A DNA stretch of 64,000 nucleotides, from positions 410,662-474,661 of the forward strand of contig NW_015175992.1 of assembly GCF_001447785.1 (NCBI RefSeq), read 5' to 3'. Position numbers and translations under genes: made by a program. This document shows positions 51,346 to 64,000 of the stretch, one piece after another. The notes under the pieces were generated by a model that was not told the DNA's origin, made no database searches, and saw only the letters and a program-made list of their open reading frames with translations. The DNA is from Gekko japonicus. Its lineage: Eukaryota. Position 1 is the stretch's first letter; the number at the start of each line of letters is the position of its first letter.

Positions 51346-53227
51346 GGATATTTCTTGATATGTTATACTTCCTCTTAAACATTTTAAAAATGAAAATAAA
51401 ATAAAATGTCTCTTGGCAATCAAGTGTAAGACAGGCAAGCTAGTTATTTTGTGTTGTTTCTGACCAGGAAAAGGGACAAAAATAGTGACTCTTCAACTGT
51501 GTGGTGATAAAAATTACAAACATGACTCTAAATTTAGTGAAAGATACATTGTTGCTTACAACTTTGTTTTCTTAGTAATCCAAGGGACGGTGAGACTGGC
51601 CCAAGATCATCCACTTTGCTGCATAGCAGAATGAGGATTTGAACCTTGGTTTACCAGATAGCCATGACACCAGACCTAAGTAGAATGTTAACCTGTGTTT
51701 GTTGTGGAGGCTCGCTAGGTGACCTTAGGCCACTTATGCATTCTCAGCCTAACTGACCTCACATGGTTATTGTGAGGATAAAATGAGAAGAGAATGATGT
51801 AAACTGCTTTGGGTCCCCATTGCGGAGGAAAGTGGGGCATAAATATAGCTGGGGGGGGGCAGAGGAAAGGTAGGTTTGTTGGTGGGAAGTACAGAAGGAA
51901 GCAGGAAAAGGTTACTAGAACAGATAGTAGTGCGGGGAGAAGGATACAGGGGAAAGTGAGGTGCCCCCTGTAAGTCTTTGCAGGTTCTCCACTGTGCATT
52001 GTGGCCCAGCCCCATACAACTGGACCACTTTTCCCAGGTTGAGGCTGCTGGGGAGAAGCTGAAAGTGGGAGTAGATAAAGGCTTTTCTGAAAGCCCCCAT
52101 AGGGAGCTGTAAGGGGAGGACTCTTCAGGTATAAGCCTGGTAGCAACTACTGGGTGATGTCCTACCAAGTGATATATGGGACTCACCCAGGACTGGCTGC
52201 TTGCCAGAGTTCAACAGGAGCCACTCCATGGAAGCTAGCATTGCATAGAGGTTGAGTTTCAGACTAGGATCTTAAGAGATGAGGGTTCAAATCACTCTAC
52301 CTCAGAAGCTGACTGGGTGACCCTGGACAAGTTACACATTCCCAGCCTAACTTACCTTGCAGGGTGGTTGTAAGGATAAAGTGGAGGACAGGAGAATAAT
52401 GTAAGCTGCTTTGGGTCCACATGGTGGAGAAAAGCAAATATAAATGAATATAGCTGAACATAAAAGGGAGGTTGGTTGGTGAGAATAGGATAGAAAGGTG
52501 AGGATACAGGGATTGGCCAGGAGAAAGGTAGAAGGAAATAGTGTAGGCAAGGGGATGCTGGGGAAAGTGAGATGCCCCCTTGCAAGTCCTCACAGCTTTC
52601 TGCTTGTAATGAGAGAAATGAGCTGTGGTTGTAAAATAGTTTGCAATTTCATCTCTCATTTAATTGTAACAACACTATAAACAACCCCCCTGCCTAAATG
52701 CAAGCATTTTTACTATGGGATTTTGGGTGGGGAGAATGATACTTGTTCCGAGGCTGTATTATCCGAGTCCTGTTTGGCCACTTCTTTGCGTTAATATCAG
52801 CAGACACCCACAGAATCATGCCTAATACATTTTCATATTGAAATCAAACTTGAGAGCTTTTGATGTAGCATAAATCAAATGTGCCTTTTAGCTGGTTTCA
52901 GTTTATGACATCAAAGATTACAACACCGGTTCTTGGATTGTGTGCCCGGACTGATGGGTGGGACCCTCGGTTCTAGTCCTCACTTGGTCAGGAAGCTCCA
53001 TGGATGATCTTAGACCAGTCACTGCCTCCTGACTTCCTTCAGTGAGGACACAAAGAGAACAATATGTACCTTTGGAAGGGCAGTAAATAAACTGTCAGTT
53101 CCTTTGAGAGTTCTCGCATTAGCAGAAGAAACTAGATTATAGGTTTATTTTGTGATATGTGGGATCTTCCTAAAGCCTACATAACTGCAACTTTATAGAC
53201 GCAGAAACTATTGGTACAGAAGCCTAT

Positions 53228-53549
53228 AAAGGTAAAGGTTCCCTTTCTCGAAAGCCAGTCGAGTCCGACTCTAGGGTTGCGGTGCACATCTCCGTTTCAA
53301 AGCCGAAGAGTCAGCACTGTCCAAAGACGTTTCTGTGGTCATGTGGCCAGCGTGACTAAACACCAAGGTGCATGGAACGCTGTTCCCTTCCCACCGAAGC
53401 AGTACCTATTTATCTACTTGCAATTTCTTGCTTTCGAACTGCTAGGTTGGCAGGAGCTGGAACTAAAGACAGGAGCTCACTCCGTCATGCGGCAACTCGG
53501 GTCTCCAACTGAACTACTGACCTTCCACAGCCTGCAGTTCAGCATCTTA
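53228..53549 (-). mobile_element. Sauria SINE, 5'-truncated
   Basis: Near-identical to 9555-9880. Confidence 0.8.
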
Positions 53550-56500
53550 GTGTTAGACGATTTCAGGAACCAAAATACAAACAGGGTTGGATCCTAAAAC
53601 TTTTTACATGGTTTTTTCAGAGCAAGGAATATTTCACCAGTACTAGTGTGACCTTTGTACTTTGGTCACATTACAAGAGTCACTGGGAAAAAATCATGCT
53701 AGGAAAAGTTGAAGGCAGCAGGAAAAGAAGACCCAACATGAGATTGACTATAAAGGAAGCCACAGCCCTCAGTATGCAAGATAGGACATTTTGGAGGATT
53801 CACATAAACTGGAAACAACTTGGCAGCACTTCACACCCACACAGCCTTATGCATCAGTGAAGGTTTCTTGTGCCACAGCAACAACTCCGTGTACTGGCTC
53901 TACAGCCCTAGCTCAAACTAGGATTAATACTGGAAATTGGTGATATGATTCTGTCTTGCTGTATTAATTAGAATTCATCTGTGTATCAATAAATCATTGG
54001 GACCGTAGCTTCGGAATCAATATTGGTTAACACTCAGCTACGTATCTACCCAAAAGCAGCCTTATCATCCCATACCCAGTGTTTGTGGCCAAGAGGCTGA
54101 GAGATTTAAATTGAATCTAGGTGAGACTGAAATGATGCTGGGTGGAAAAACTAGAGCCTTACAGGGTTATGCTGCCTAATCTTGGGAGCCAGAAAGGATT
54201 GTCTAATCCACAGATAACCTTCGAAAGCCAAGTAAATGCTAACATATCTACTTGATACTCCAGTGTAATCTGTAAATATTTATAAGCAACACATTCAGCA
54301 TTGGCCTAAGTACCTGTCAGAGTATTAATTTATCAAGTGTGCCAGAAAATAATGCAATTTCAAAATGCACATGGGGAATTGCAATAGACTTCCTCCACTA
54401 GATCATGCATTTCCCTTCCAACTTTTAGGAAGATTTACAGTCTACAAGGGTTTTAGCAGCTCATTTCCTGTTTGTATCAAGCCTGAAACTGTCAGAAAAT
54501 GGCTCTCAAGTCAGGTCTCAAACTATGACATTAGTCTAAACAAAATCTATCCTACTTGAAAATAAACCACCCATAGAAATCAAGTAGTTCTAAGACTCAA
54601 CATTTACTGTGGAATCTAAAGTCCAAATCTGTTTTGCTTACAAAATTTAGCATTTTCTATTAAGCCAACATAATTTTACATATTTTGTTGGAAAGCAAAA
54701 CTAAACTAAGGAAAGGAATTGTAAAGTAAGACAAATATCAAATGTCAGTTTAAATGTAATTTTGGTTTAATAACCAAAGGCAATGTATACCACAGGCCAA
54801 ATGAAGAAACCAGTTTTCTTCAAGATGTAGTACATATAAAACCCATATTGCTTTCCCTCCCACACTACAAGCATAACGGCCATAATGCAAATTTTGGGAC
54901 CGTTATTCTTAAACTATCACTCTTCAGCTCTAACACTCAGTACCTGAGATCTCAAATAATACTTGCCTATCTGTTTTTCATGTCATTTCAGCAGTGCCCC
55001 TACAGATTATTCCAGGTGTTCTTTTCACCCATACAGCAAACTGTGTCAAGTTTTAGGACTCAAAATGCTGACAGGTGTAACATACACACCATTTTCTTAT
55101 CTCAAGGCTCTATTTGTAAGCATGTCCAATGCTTTTAATTCACTTTTTTCAGACAATGCCTAAATTGCCATGATTTTAGTTTGAAATGTCAAGACCCAAT
55201 GAGACTTAAGTACACACATAATTTTACTGTCGTATCATTCAGGTTTTTTCCAATTTTGGCAGCAACCTGCATGATGTACCTTTGAGGTCTTGCAGTTTCT
55301 GTATTAATTCATTGATTTGTGATTTTCATATTTCATAACCTTTTCATATAGACAGATAGGGTGATGGGATTATTTTCTAAGCATGCAACCAAATTGAAAG
55401 TTTAGGTCTCATGATCCAGCCATATTGAAATTAGTAAGCCTTTGAAAGCACTAGTGACAGGGCTACCAAACAGAATCCTGTTATCCGTAATTATACTACC
55501 AAGCAGTTGATTAACTGGTAATATCTTTTACTACAGAAAAGACAAGGTCATGCCCATTTTTAAAGGCTTTAGGGGGTACAAAATTACAGAAAGACGAGAT
55601 TTCACACATTTACCATTACATTTCTGAGTTTTAAATGTGGCTGAAAATGACCAAAAGACTACATTAGAAATTTATTCTCCCCCCCCCCCCAAATGTCCAA
55701 ATACTCATCAGAGAACATAGCCAATACAAGTGGTTTGTAACTGGAATGTACCATAACAAAGCTTTTACTAGCAGGGCTCTAAGGGAAATGTCTACCATTT
55801 GACTTCATTTACGTACAAACCCCTTTCTAGCATGGCACCTAAATCCCTAATTTTACTCATCTTAAACCAGTACATCATCACATACTTAAGTTTCATATAA
55901 GGGATTACATGGGTAGGGGGAGAATTCTTCTCAAATATGCTTAGTGCTTGTATATCATGATTTTAACCAACTCTAAAGACAAGCAAAATCAAACCTCTTG
56001 AATTAGAGCTCAGTTCTTTAGAACTCTGAAAGTTAGCAGCAACATGCTTGCAAAAGAAATCAACGCTTTCTGAACAAAATTAATGCATAGCATTGCATTT
56101 TTATTACTAATTTGAGAAATACTGAATCAGAATCAAGACTTCTAATCCTCATCTTCTATGGAACAAAACAGAATGCTATCAAACCAGCAACACTCACGAT
56201 AAAGTGATCACTGAACTTCAAGTCATATAACTACATCACACATTAATAGCTTGAGAAAGAATAAGCAACAAAAACTAGTTGCTTCGCTTCCTTAAATATA
56301 AAATTTGAAGCTATTAAGGCTGCAATCCTATTATTTCAAGGGGCTTATGCTCACCTATCACTGCATAGGATTGGACTGTGGAACTTCTGGACCACAGCTC
56401 TGAACATTGGCACAGGCATAAAATTTAGGTTTTGTCACCTGAGCACTTTGTGTTGCAATAACTTTCAGAAATATTGTAGCAGACCACGCAGGACAAAAAT

Positions 56501-56869
56501 TTTTAAACCTTCCATCTCAATTTAAGTGCAAGAAGTCCAAGTTAGTTACCCTAGCATCCAAAATGTAACTATTAACCCCAAAAAACACAGAGACTTTGCA
56601 TTAAACTTCGTTTTAATGGTCTCAATTTGTGACAGATTTTGGTCAAGTTGGTTCCATTTAAAAAAGGTTACTGATTTTAAAAACTAATAACTTAAACTGC
56701 CACGAAACAAATGATCCACAAACACTCCTTTCCTTCTGAAGCTTTTACGATGCATTGTAATCATTAACCAGTCCTTTACTATTAAACTTAAATGGCCAAT
56801 TGAGACAAAGAGTTCTGAGACCATGCTTCCACCACTGATTAAGACTGAGGTGGTAGATGTACAGAATTT

Positions 56870-57010
<141 letters not shown>

Positions 57011-57333
57011 TCAGCATTAATAGCTACATGATATTCAAAGCCATCTTACCATCTCATTCCCCCAACAATAGTACCATAACATGGAGCAGAGTTCAATTTG
57101 GTCCACTTATAGCCAGAATACTACCCTAGTGCACTACCCCAGCATCTACTCAAGAAAGGAAAGCTTGTGACTAGCTACAAAACTCTCCAAAGAATTAGCT
57201 ATTATTTATTGCAAATAGTTTGCTAACCAAAAAGTGTCCCATCAGCAGTAACTGTAACAAAATCCAAAACAACTTTAAATAATCTGGAGAAATATACTAA
57301 AGATTGAGGTTAAGCATAAAGATTGATACTCAC

Positions 57334-57568
57334 CCAGAGGAGGGTAGTCAGAAAAACTCTCAACACACATGGGCTTGCCTGGGATCATATCAACAATGGC
57401 AGCATCTCCAGACTTGAGGAATTTGGGGCCATTTTCCACCTTCTTACCAGAATGACAATCAATCTTCTCCTTCAGCTCAGCAAACTTGCAGGCAATGTGA
57501 GCAGTATGACAATCCAGCACAGGGGCATAGCCAGCGCTAATTTGGCCAGGGTGGTTCAGAATGATCAC
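57334..57568 (-). CDS. EEF1A1: EEF1A1 exon 7
   Basis: [24 protein letters not shown]...YPPLG. Confidence 0.96.
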
Positions 57569-57665
57569 CTATTAAACAGTTTTAAAGAGTCAGCCTATTT
57601 AGTGCTGTTGTAAACCCTACCAAAGATTCCTAAAAATGTCAAAACCTAGAATATCTGCTAAATAC

Positions 57666-57922
57666 CTGTGCTGTAAATCCTGCAGCTTCCATTGGGGGGT
57701 CATTTTTACTGTCACCAGCAACATTTCCTCGACAAACATCTTTAACAGATACATTCTTCACATTGAAGTCAACATTGTCACCAGGCAAAGCTTCACTTAG
57801 AGCCTCGTGATGCATCTCGACAGATTTTACTTCAGTTGTAACATTGACAGGGGCAAATGTTACCACCATGCCTGGTTTTAGAATACCAGTTTCCACACGG
57901 CCAACTGGAACAGTACCAATCC
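57666..57922 (-). CDS. EEF1A1: EEF1A1 exon 6
   Basis: [12 protein letters not shown]...[16 protein letters not shown]. Confidence 0.96.
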
Positions 57923-58150
57923 CTGAAAGGAACAAAGCAATTTTAACTAAATGTACAGCAAATGCTGTTTTTCAGCAACTAGGCAGAAACCATCAGCAAT
58001 AAAAGTAACACTGGAATGAGACCTTTGCATAAAACCCAACATGCATCCTGGTTTCTATGATCTAAGTTCTTTCTAAGTATCGTTTGTATTTTGGAAGTGA
58101 AGGTAGTTTACTGCTGCTTGTCCTTAATCTAAGCTTCTTGTAATACATAC

Positions 58151-58301
58151 CACCAATTTTGTAGACATCCTGAAGAGGAAGACGCAGAGGTTTGTCAGTT
58201 GGACGAGTTGGTGGCAAGATGGAATCCAGAGCTTCTAGCAGTGTGGTGCCACTAGCATTACCATCTTTGCGGTTCACTTTCCATCCTTTAAACCAGGGCA
58301 T
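58151..58301 (-). CDS. EEF1A1: EEF1A1 exon 5
   Basis: MPWFKGW...[15 protein letters not shown]. Confidence 0.96.
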
Positions 58302-58534
58302 CTGCAAGGGAAAACCATATACAGTATTCTCCTGAAACATCTACCCATCAAAACACTGTACAACAATGGAAAATTAAGCTGATATCCAGACTGGGAAAGG
58401 TTTACTGATTAAGGAATACAAATTCCTCCTGTCCTCATTGCTTAGAGATCTCATTGTTTACAGTATTGTACAATATGAATCATAACCAAAATTACTAATT
58501 GCATACCCTCATCCACGTAAGAATTATAACTTAC

Positions 58535-58831
58535 GTTAGAGCTGGGCTCCAACATGTTATCTCCATTCCAGCCAGAAATTGGTACAAAAGCCACCGTGTC
58601 TGGGTTGTAACCAATTTTCTTTATGTACGTGCTGACTTCTTTGACAATTTCTTCATATCTCTTCTGGCTGTAAGGTGGCTCAGTAGAATCCATTTTGTTA
58701 ACACCAACAATGAGCTGTTTTACACCCAGAGTGTAGGCCAGAAGGGCATGCTCACGGGTCTGCCCATTCTTAGAGATACCAGCTTCAAATTCACCAACAC
58801 CAGCAGCAACGATCAGGACAGCACAGTCAGC
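58535..58831 (-). CDS. EEF1A1: EEF1A1 exon 4
   Basis: [11 protein letters not shown]...NKMD... Confidence 0.97.
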
Positions 58832-58876
58832 CTGTAAAAAAACCATCAATTAAAATAATAATTACAAATTAAATCA

Positions 58877-59116
<240 letters not shown>

Positions 59117-59682
59117 CTAGACATCAAAAATAAAGGCATCAATGCACTATGTACAAGATATACAGAAATGATTAAGCAAGCCAGCAAACTGTCTCTAAAT
59201 ACAGCACACATCTATGCTGTGAAATAGAATACAACTTCTATCTAGTCAAGAGACACTTGGCACATACAATGAGATTCCACACATGGTGAGAGATTCCACA
59301 CTGGTTTCATTTGCCCAGTCCAGAGACACTTCAATCCATTACTTCCTAATATCACAACTCCTAAACATGGTCAGCCTATCCAAGTTGTCTCATCTGCTCT
59401 CCTAGGCATTCTACAATCTTCACTTTTTGGGGGGGTTAAAGTGGCAATTCTGCTAACAGACATCCCACAATTAAAATTGGAGTTTATAGTAGTAATATGG
59501 ACTTCCCAAACTGAGTAATTCAGAACACAATGTAGCCAGCACTGTATCATAATATCACTCTAGTTGTAAAAAGTTTTAACTATAGTTTCAGGAATTTGTA
59601 ACATTGATTACATGAGAAAGCAAAAAGTTTTGTAATCTGAACAGAAACACTCATTAACACTCAATAAACACAACTTATTTCA

Positions 59683-59850
<168 letters not shown>

Positions 59851-60966
59851 TTAGTGGATGGTTCTCTCGCACTTCAGATAAAGCACCTTGAGAGGAACAA
59901 AGTTAAAAGAAAACTCCAATTAACTACATTAAAAAAAAAGAAACCTTCCTACTGTGGAAAAAATTCAACTCGCTTAAAAAAATAATGTAAAAATTTGATC
60001 CTGCCACATAGGTTTACTTTCGAGTGCCGCTTAGCGGTCGGTTTCCTGAAGGACACAACCGTCCAGGCCGGAACTAGGCCCACGCCTGCCTCGAGTACGG
60101 CAGCTCCACCCACCTCAAGGGCGGAGGACGATTGTGGGAGAAAGAGGCTGAAGCAGTCGAGGAAGACTTCCACTTCATGGACCCCTTAGGCCCCTTTCTT
60201 CGTCACCTTGCGGCCATTACACAGGCCCCGAGGGAGGCAGAGGGGGGCAACTCCGAACCCTTTGTGTCGAGAGTCAGGCAGAGCGCGAGGGAGCGAGCAC
60301 GCGCCGCCCGGGAGTTGAGCTACTCGTTGGCCCCGCCCATGTCCTCCATTTTGTGACGGCGGCGGCTACAGCGGCAGAAAGCGGCCATTTTTTTTAACAC
60401 CGCGAAGCTAAGAATGAGGGGGGGGGGAGGGAGAAAAAGAAGAAACTACCAGAAATAACTTAAAATTAGACGAGCCGAACGGGATATTAGAGAAGTATGA
60501 AAACAGGAGCAGATCGAGAACGAAACAGTGGGCCACAGAGAATTGTGGGGAACGTGTGGCGGACACACCTGCCACGACCACAACCCCCCTCATCCTCTCA
60601 CTACCGCGTGTCTTGACGCTGTAAGGGCCACTACCCATCTGCCCACCCGGCCTACAATATCCATTAAAGACGGAGAAGTTCTCCCTCGTTTAATAGGAAA
60701 GCCAGCCACTGTCTTTACGCGAGAGAGGGCAAGAACGATAAAATCCACGCCGCGTTTCACGCACGCAAATGCGCGCGCGCGCGCACACACTCACTCCCTA
60801 CACCCCCCGCTCCCTAACCCGTCCCGAAATACTGCCGCCCTCGTGACTTTCTTCAGCCTTCGACGCGCCCCCACTCTTCTCTCCCCCCCCACCTACGTGA
60901 CCCTTTTTACTCCCACCCATTCCCTCGCCGAGGCCTAGACCCGGCCTGCCTTCACGCGCCTCCTAC

Positions 60967-61029
60967 CTCTGAAGCGGCGGCAAACCCGTTGCGAAAAAGA
61001 CCGACGCCGTGAGCAGCGTTCTTTATATA
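60967..61029 (-). promoter_or_regulatory. EEF1A1: EEF1A1 TATA box (61023-61029) and non-coding exon 1 with 5'TOP (60999-60967)
   Basis: TATATAA about 25 nt upstream of CTTTTTCGCAACGGGTTTGCCGCC; donor GAG|GTAGGA; CpG island about 60000-61130. Confidence 0.92.
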
Positions 61030-62599
61030 GTTGGAGCCGTGAGGGCGGTGGCCTCGGCAGACGTCATTGTTCCCGGCGTTCCATTCGCTGCTCCTGCCTC
61101 ATCCGCCCTCCCCGCCAAGAGCGCGACCCGAGGTAAGATGAAAAATAACCACCCCTTTACAGAAACGTAATTTCCTTCCCTTGCCATAGAATCAATTGGA
61201 GTTCCACGCCTCCCTTCTCCGTCCCTAGTAAACATGGAGAATTTGGAGACAGGCCCTTTTGTTTGCATTGCGGGGAGGGGGGTTAAGTCCAGGCTTCAGT
61301 GACTCCTGCCCCTCCTCCACTCTGAAGCGGCTAGGCTAGAGCCTTCGCTCCCTCTTCGCCGTACTCGTTCGTACTCCCACCGTACGGCTATTCCTTACCT
61401 CCCTCTCCTAATTACCTTTGCTTCTGATGTAAAATTAACTTTAGGTAATCTATTCTTCTCCAGAAGAAAGGGCGTATGCAGAAACTGGGATCATAGTTAA
61501 TGCCCTGCTGGCTTACCAAAGAAAGCGCATCTCATCTCTCTCCCCCCTCCCTTATTAATTTACATCCTTTTAAACATAGTCCAGTACTGCCATAGCCTTT
61601 CTTAACAGCCCCCACTCAGCGATGTTCACCTTAGGCTCTCCATCCATTCATACATTTCATCTTTCAGTACCCCTCCATGCAAAATTTTCCATTCCACTTC
61701 AACCAGCACTAACAGCCCTTTCCCTACTTCCCTGCTTAGGAAGCAGGCTATTTGCCAGAAAAGTTTTGTAAAACAAAAAAAGGTTTCACTTTGCCTTTAA
61801 AAGTACACATTGAAGTTCTCTCCCTGCACCCATGGTAGCTACAAACTTGCATTCGGACATAAGACATTTAGAATTGTATGCTTTAAAATCTCAATACAAT
61901 ATAAAATAGTAAAGTTAAAGCTTGGAAATAAAAAGCACTCTTGCCTTTTATTGTATTCAACTTGCACCATAATTTCCTGTTTACATTCCATGAATGATAC
62001 CAGTAAAATTATCTCCAAATAAAATAACTTTATACATAACTTATAATCAGAAGTTCTGATTCTACTACTATTTAGTGCTCATTTCACAGAAATAAATGGG
62101 GACTGTTAGTGGACTGAGTTAATTAAAACTTAACTTGCTTCATTGATTTCAGCAGCAGTTAAGCACACTTAACCAGCTGGCATTACCAAATTGTGCTTTT
62201 ACCCTCCTGTCCCCTCACCCTGCACTCCCATACAGTTACCTGGAGTAGGCCCAGTATATAGATATGGAACTTAACACTGAATGATTGCTTCAAAGTAAGC
62301 TAGGCTTGGGTCTGTGCAAGTTCTAAAGAGGCATTTAGTAGAGTTGTTTGTGTTGCATTTGATCACCAAGCCCTTAGCAGCATATCCAACAAAGATGATA
62401 GCATGCAAGTCAGAGCAGAGAGATGCTTCTGAGTGCGAATAAAATGGCAAAATGTCAAAGTTTAAAAGCCAAGCCATTTGTTTCGGGCAAGGAAATATTA
62501 AATGCTCTTACACTGTAGACAAATTCATTTTCCAAACATTTAAATAGCATCAGATTTATTAGGAAAGGGAGGGGAGAAGAGACAGAAGATCTGCATTGT

Positions 62600-62850
62600 G
62601 AGTGTGTTAAGTGCAGTCAGGTTGCTTCCAATTTAAGGCGACCCCATGAATTAGTGACCTCCCAAACATCCTATTGTTAACAGCCTTGCTTAGGTCTTGA
62701 GTCAATCCAGCTCATGTTGGGTCTTCCTCTTTTCCTGTTGCCTTCTACTTTTCCTAGTGTTATTGTCCTTTCCAGTGAGTCTTGTTGTCTTATAATAGAA
62801 TAGCTTGAGTTTAGTCATTTTAGCTTCTAGATAGAGTTCGGGCTTGCATT
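62600..62850 (-). mobile_element. RTE-BovB-like 3' fragment
   Basis: LEAKMTKLKL...; related to 29000-29480 and 53680-53830. Confidence 0.6.
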
Positions 62851-64000
62851 GGCAGAATGATTTAGTAGTATTGAGATAATTCATTTACCTGCTTCCCTGA
62901 CGTACAATAAATTAATGGAAGTATATAAACAAGCACTCAGCAAGTTGTTCCCTAAGGAAACCATATTGCAAACAATCATAAATATTTTACAAGGTTGAAG
63001 CCTACTGAACTCAGCTGGATTTGCTTCCAAGTAAATATACTTGAGATCATGCTGCAAGTCACACTAAGCTAACCTGCTGAGATGAATTTATTGTTTTATT
63101 TTAAAGGTGACTTTTATGTTTCTCAGAGGAAAGCTAATCATTACAGATATTTCATTAAAGATATACACAGTAAAGTATACACAGTTGATAAAATGCACAA
63201 TTCCTTGTTAATACATTGCACTATTGAGAGGGCTCCTTTTGGAGCTACAGGGTTTTCTTCAGATTGCAATTCATTGTGCTCTTTAGTCAAGCATGCTTAA
63301 CTTGCTAAAAAAGTTTTTTTCCCACTTGGCAGAAAAAAGTTAATTGTTTCCTAACAGTTAAATATGAAGATAACTTAAACACTTAGTTAACATGTGTTGA
63401 ATTAATTCGTTTAATCTAGTCTCTATTTGATCTCAGTTATATATTTATCATGATTTTGATGGCAGTGAGTTCCAGTGCAAAGTCAACAGCCTTCACAATG
63501 TTAACACACATTTTAAACAAACCATAGAAAGGCAGACCCAGTGAAACAAACAAATGCTTAAGCCCTATTAGCTGAAATAAGATTTAGTACTAGTATTCTC
63601 TGTAATATATATTATTATATTATATTATCATAGTTTTTATTGTTTTTGTCAAATTATGTTGATTGTTTTATTTCTTGGTGTAACCCGCCCTGAGCCCTGC
63701 AGTGCAGGGGAGGGCAGAATAAAAGTCTTAATAAATAAATAAATATTGGCATGTTGGCCCCAGGCCACCTCTATCCACAGCTCAACAAGTTTTTTGGGGC
63801 GCTGTCATTCCTTTTCTAGATTCCTTTTAAAGAGCATTCCTATTTACAATGTCTTATAATCCTGATTTAATATATATGAATTTTGAAAAAAATGTCCTGA
63901 ATTCCAAAGCTGAAATAGCTTTAAAAACCAATGTAAAAACAGAAGGTGCTTTTAGATTATGGACCCAGAATGAAAACAGAATAGTTTAGGTTATGTGGAA

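Overview
Vertebrate nuclear DNA, almost certainly a squamate reptile (probably a gecko, inferred from the SINE repertoire). It covers the conserved CGAS-MTO1-EEF1A1 block. CGAS (MB21D1) coding exons 1-3 lie on the minus strand and the gene runs off the left edge. MTO1 is complete on the plus strand (12 exons, 679 aa). EEF1A1 is complete on the minus strand (8 exons, 462 aa, with TATA box and 5'TOP). The rest is dense in transposons: a structurally complete but decayed DIRS element between CGAS and MTO1, a Gypsy LTR element cut by an N-gap, CR1, L2, RTE-BovB and RTE-X fragments, SINEs and hAT-type MITEs. The main unexplained system is three independently inserted, diverged copies of a ~1.8-kb polyadenylated retroposon that encodes only a LINE-1 ORF1-like protein (half-L1/HAL1 architecture). 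Two copies have perfect TSDs and a GACTTCCGGTT 5' end, and one copy has an intact 320-aa ORF. All three share 5'UTR tandem hairpins and a C-terminal YxLR motif resembling a nucleosome acidic-patch anchor; two share a 3' stem-loop. Second, the intron-containing EEF1A1 carries a cluster of radical substitutions at normally invariant residues (G309D, R321C, R381C, R382H), suggesting a decaying duplicate or gametolog.
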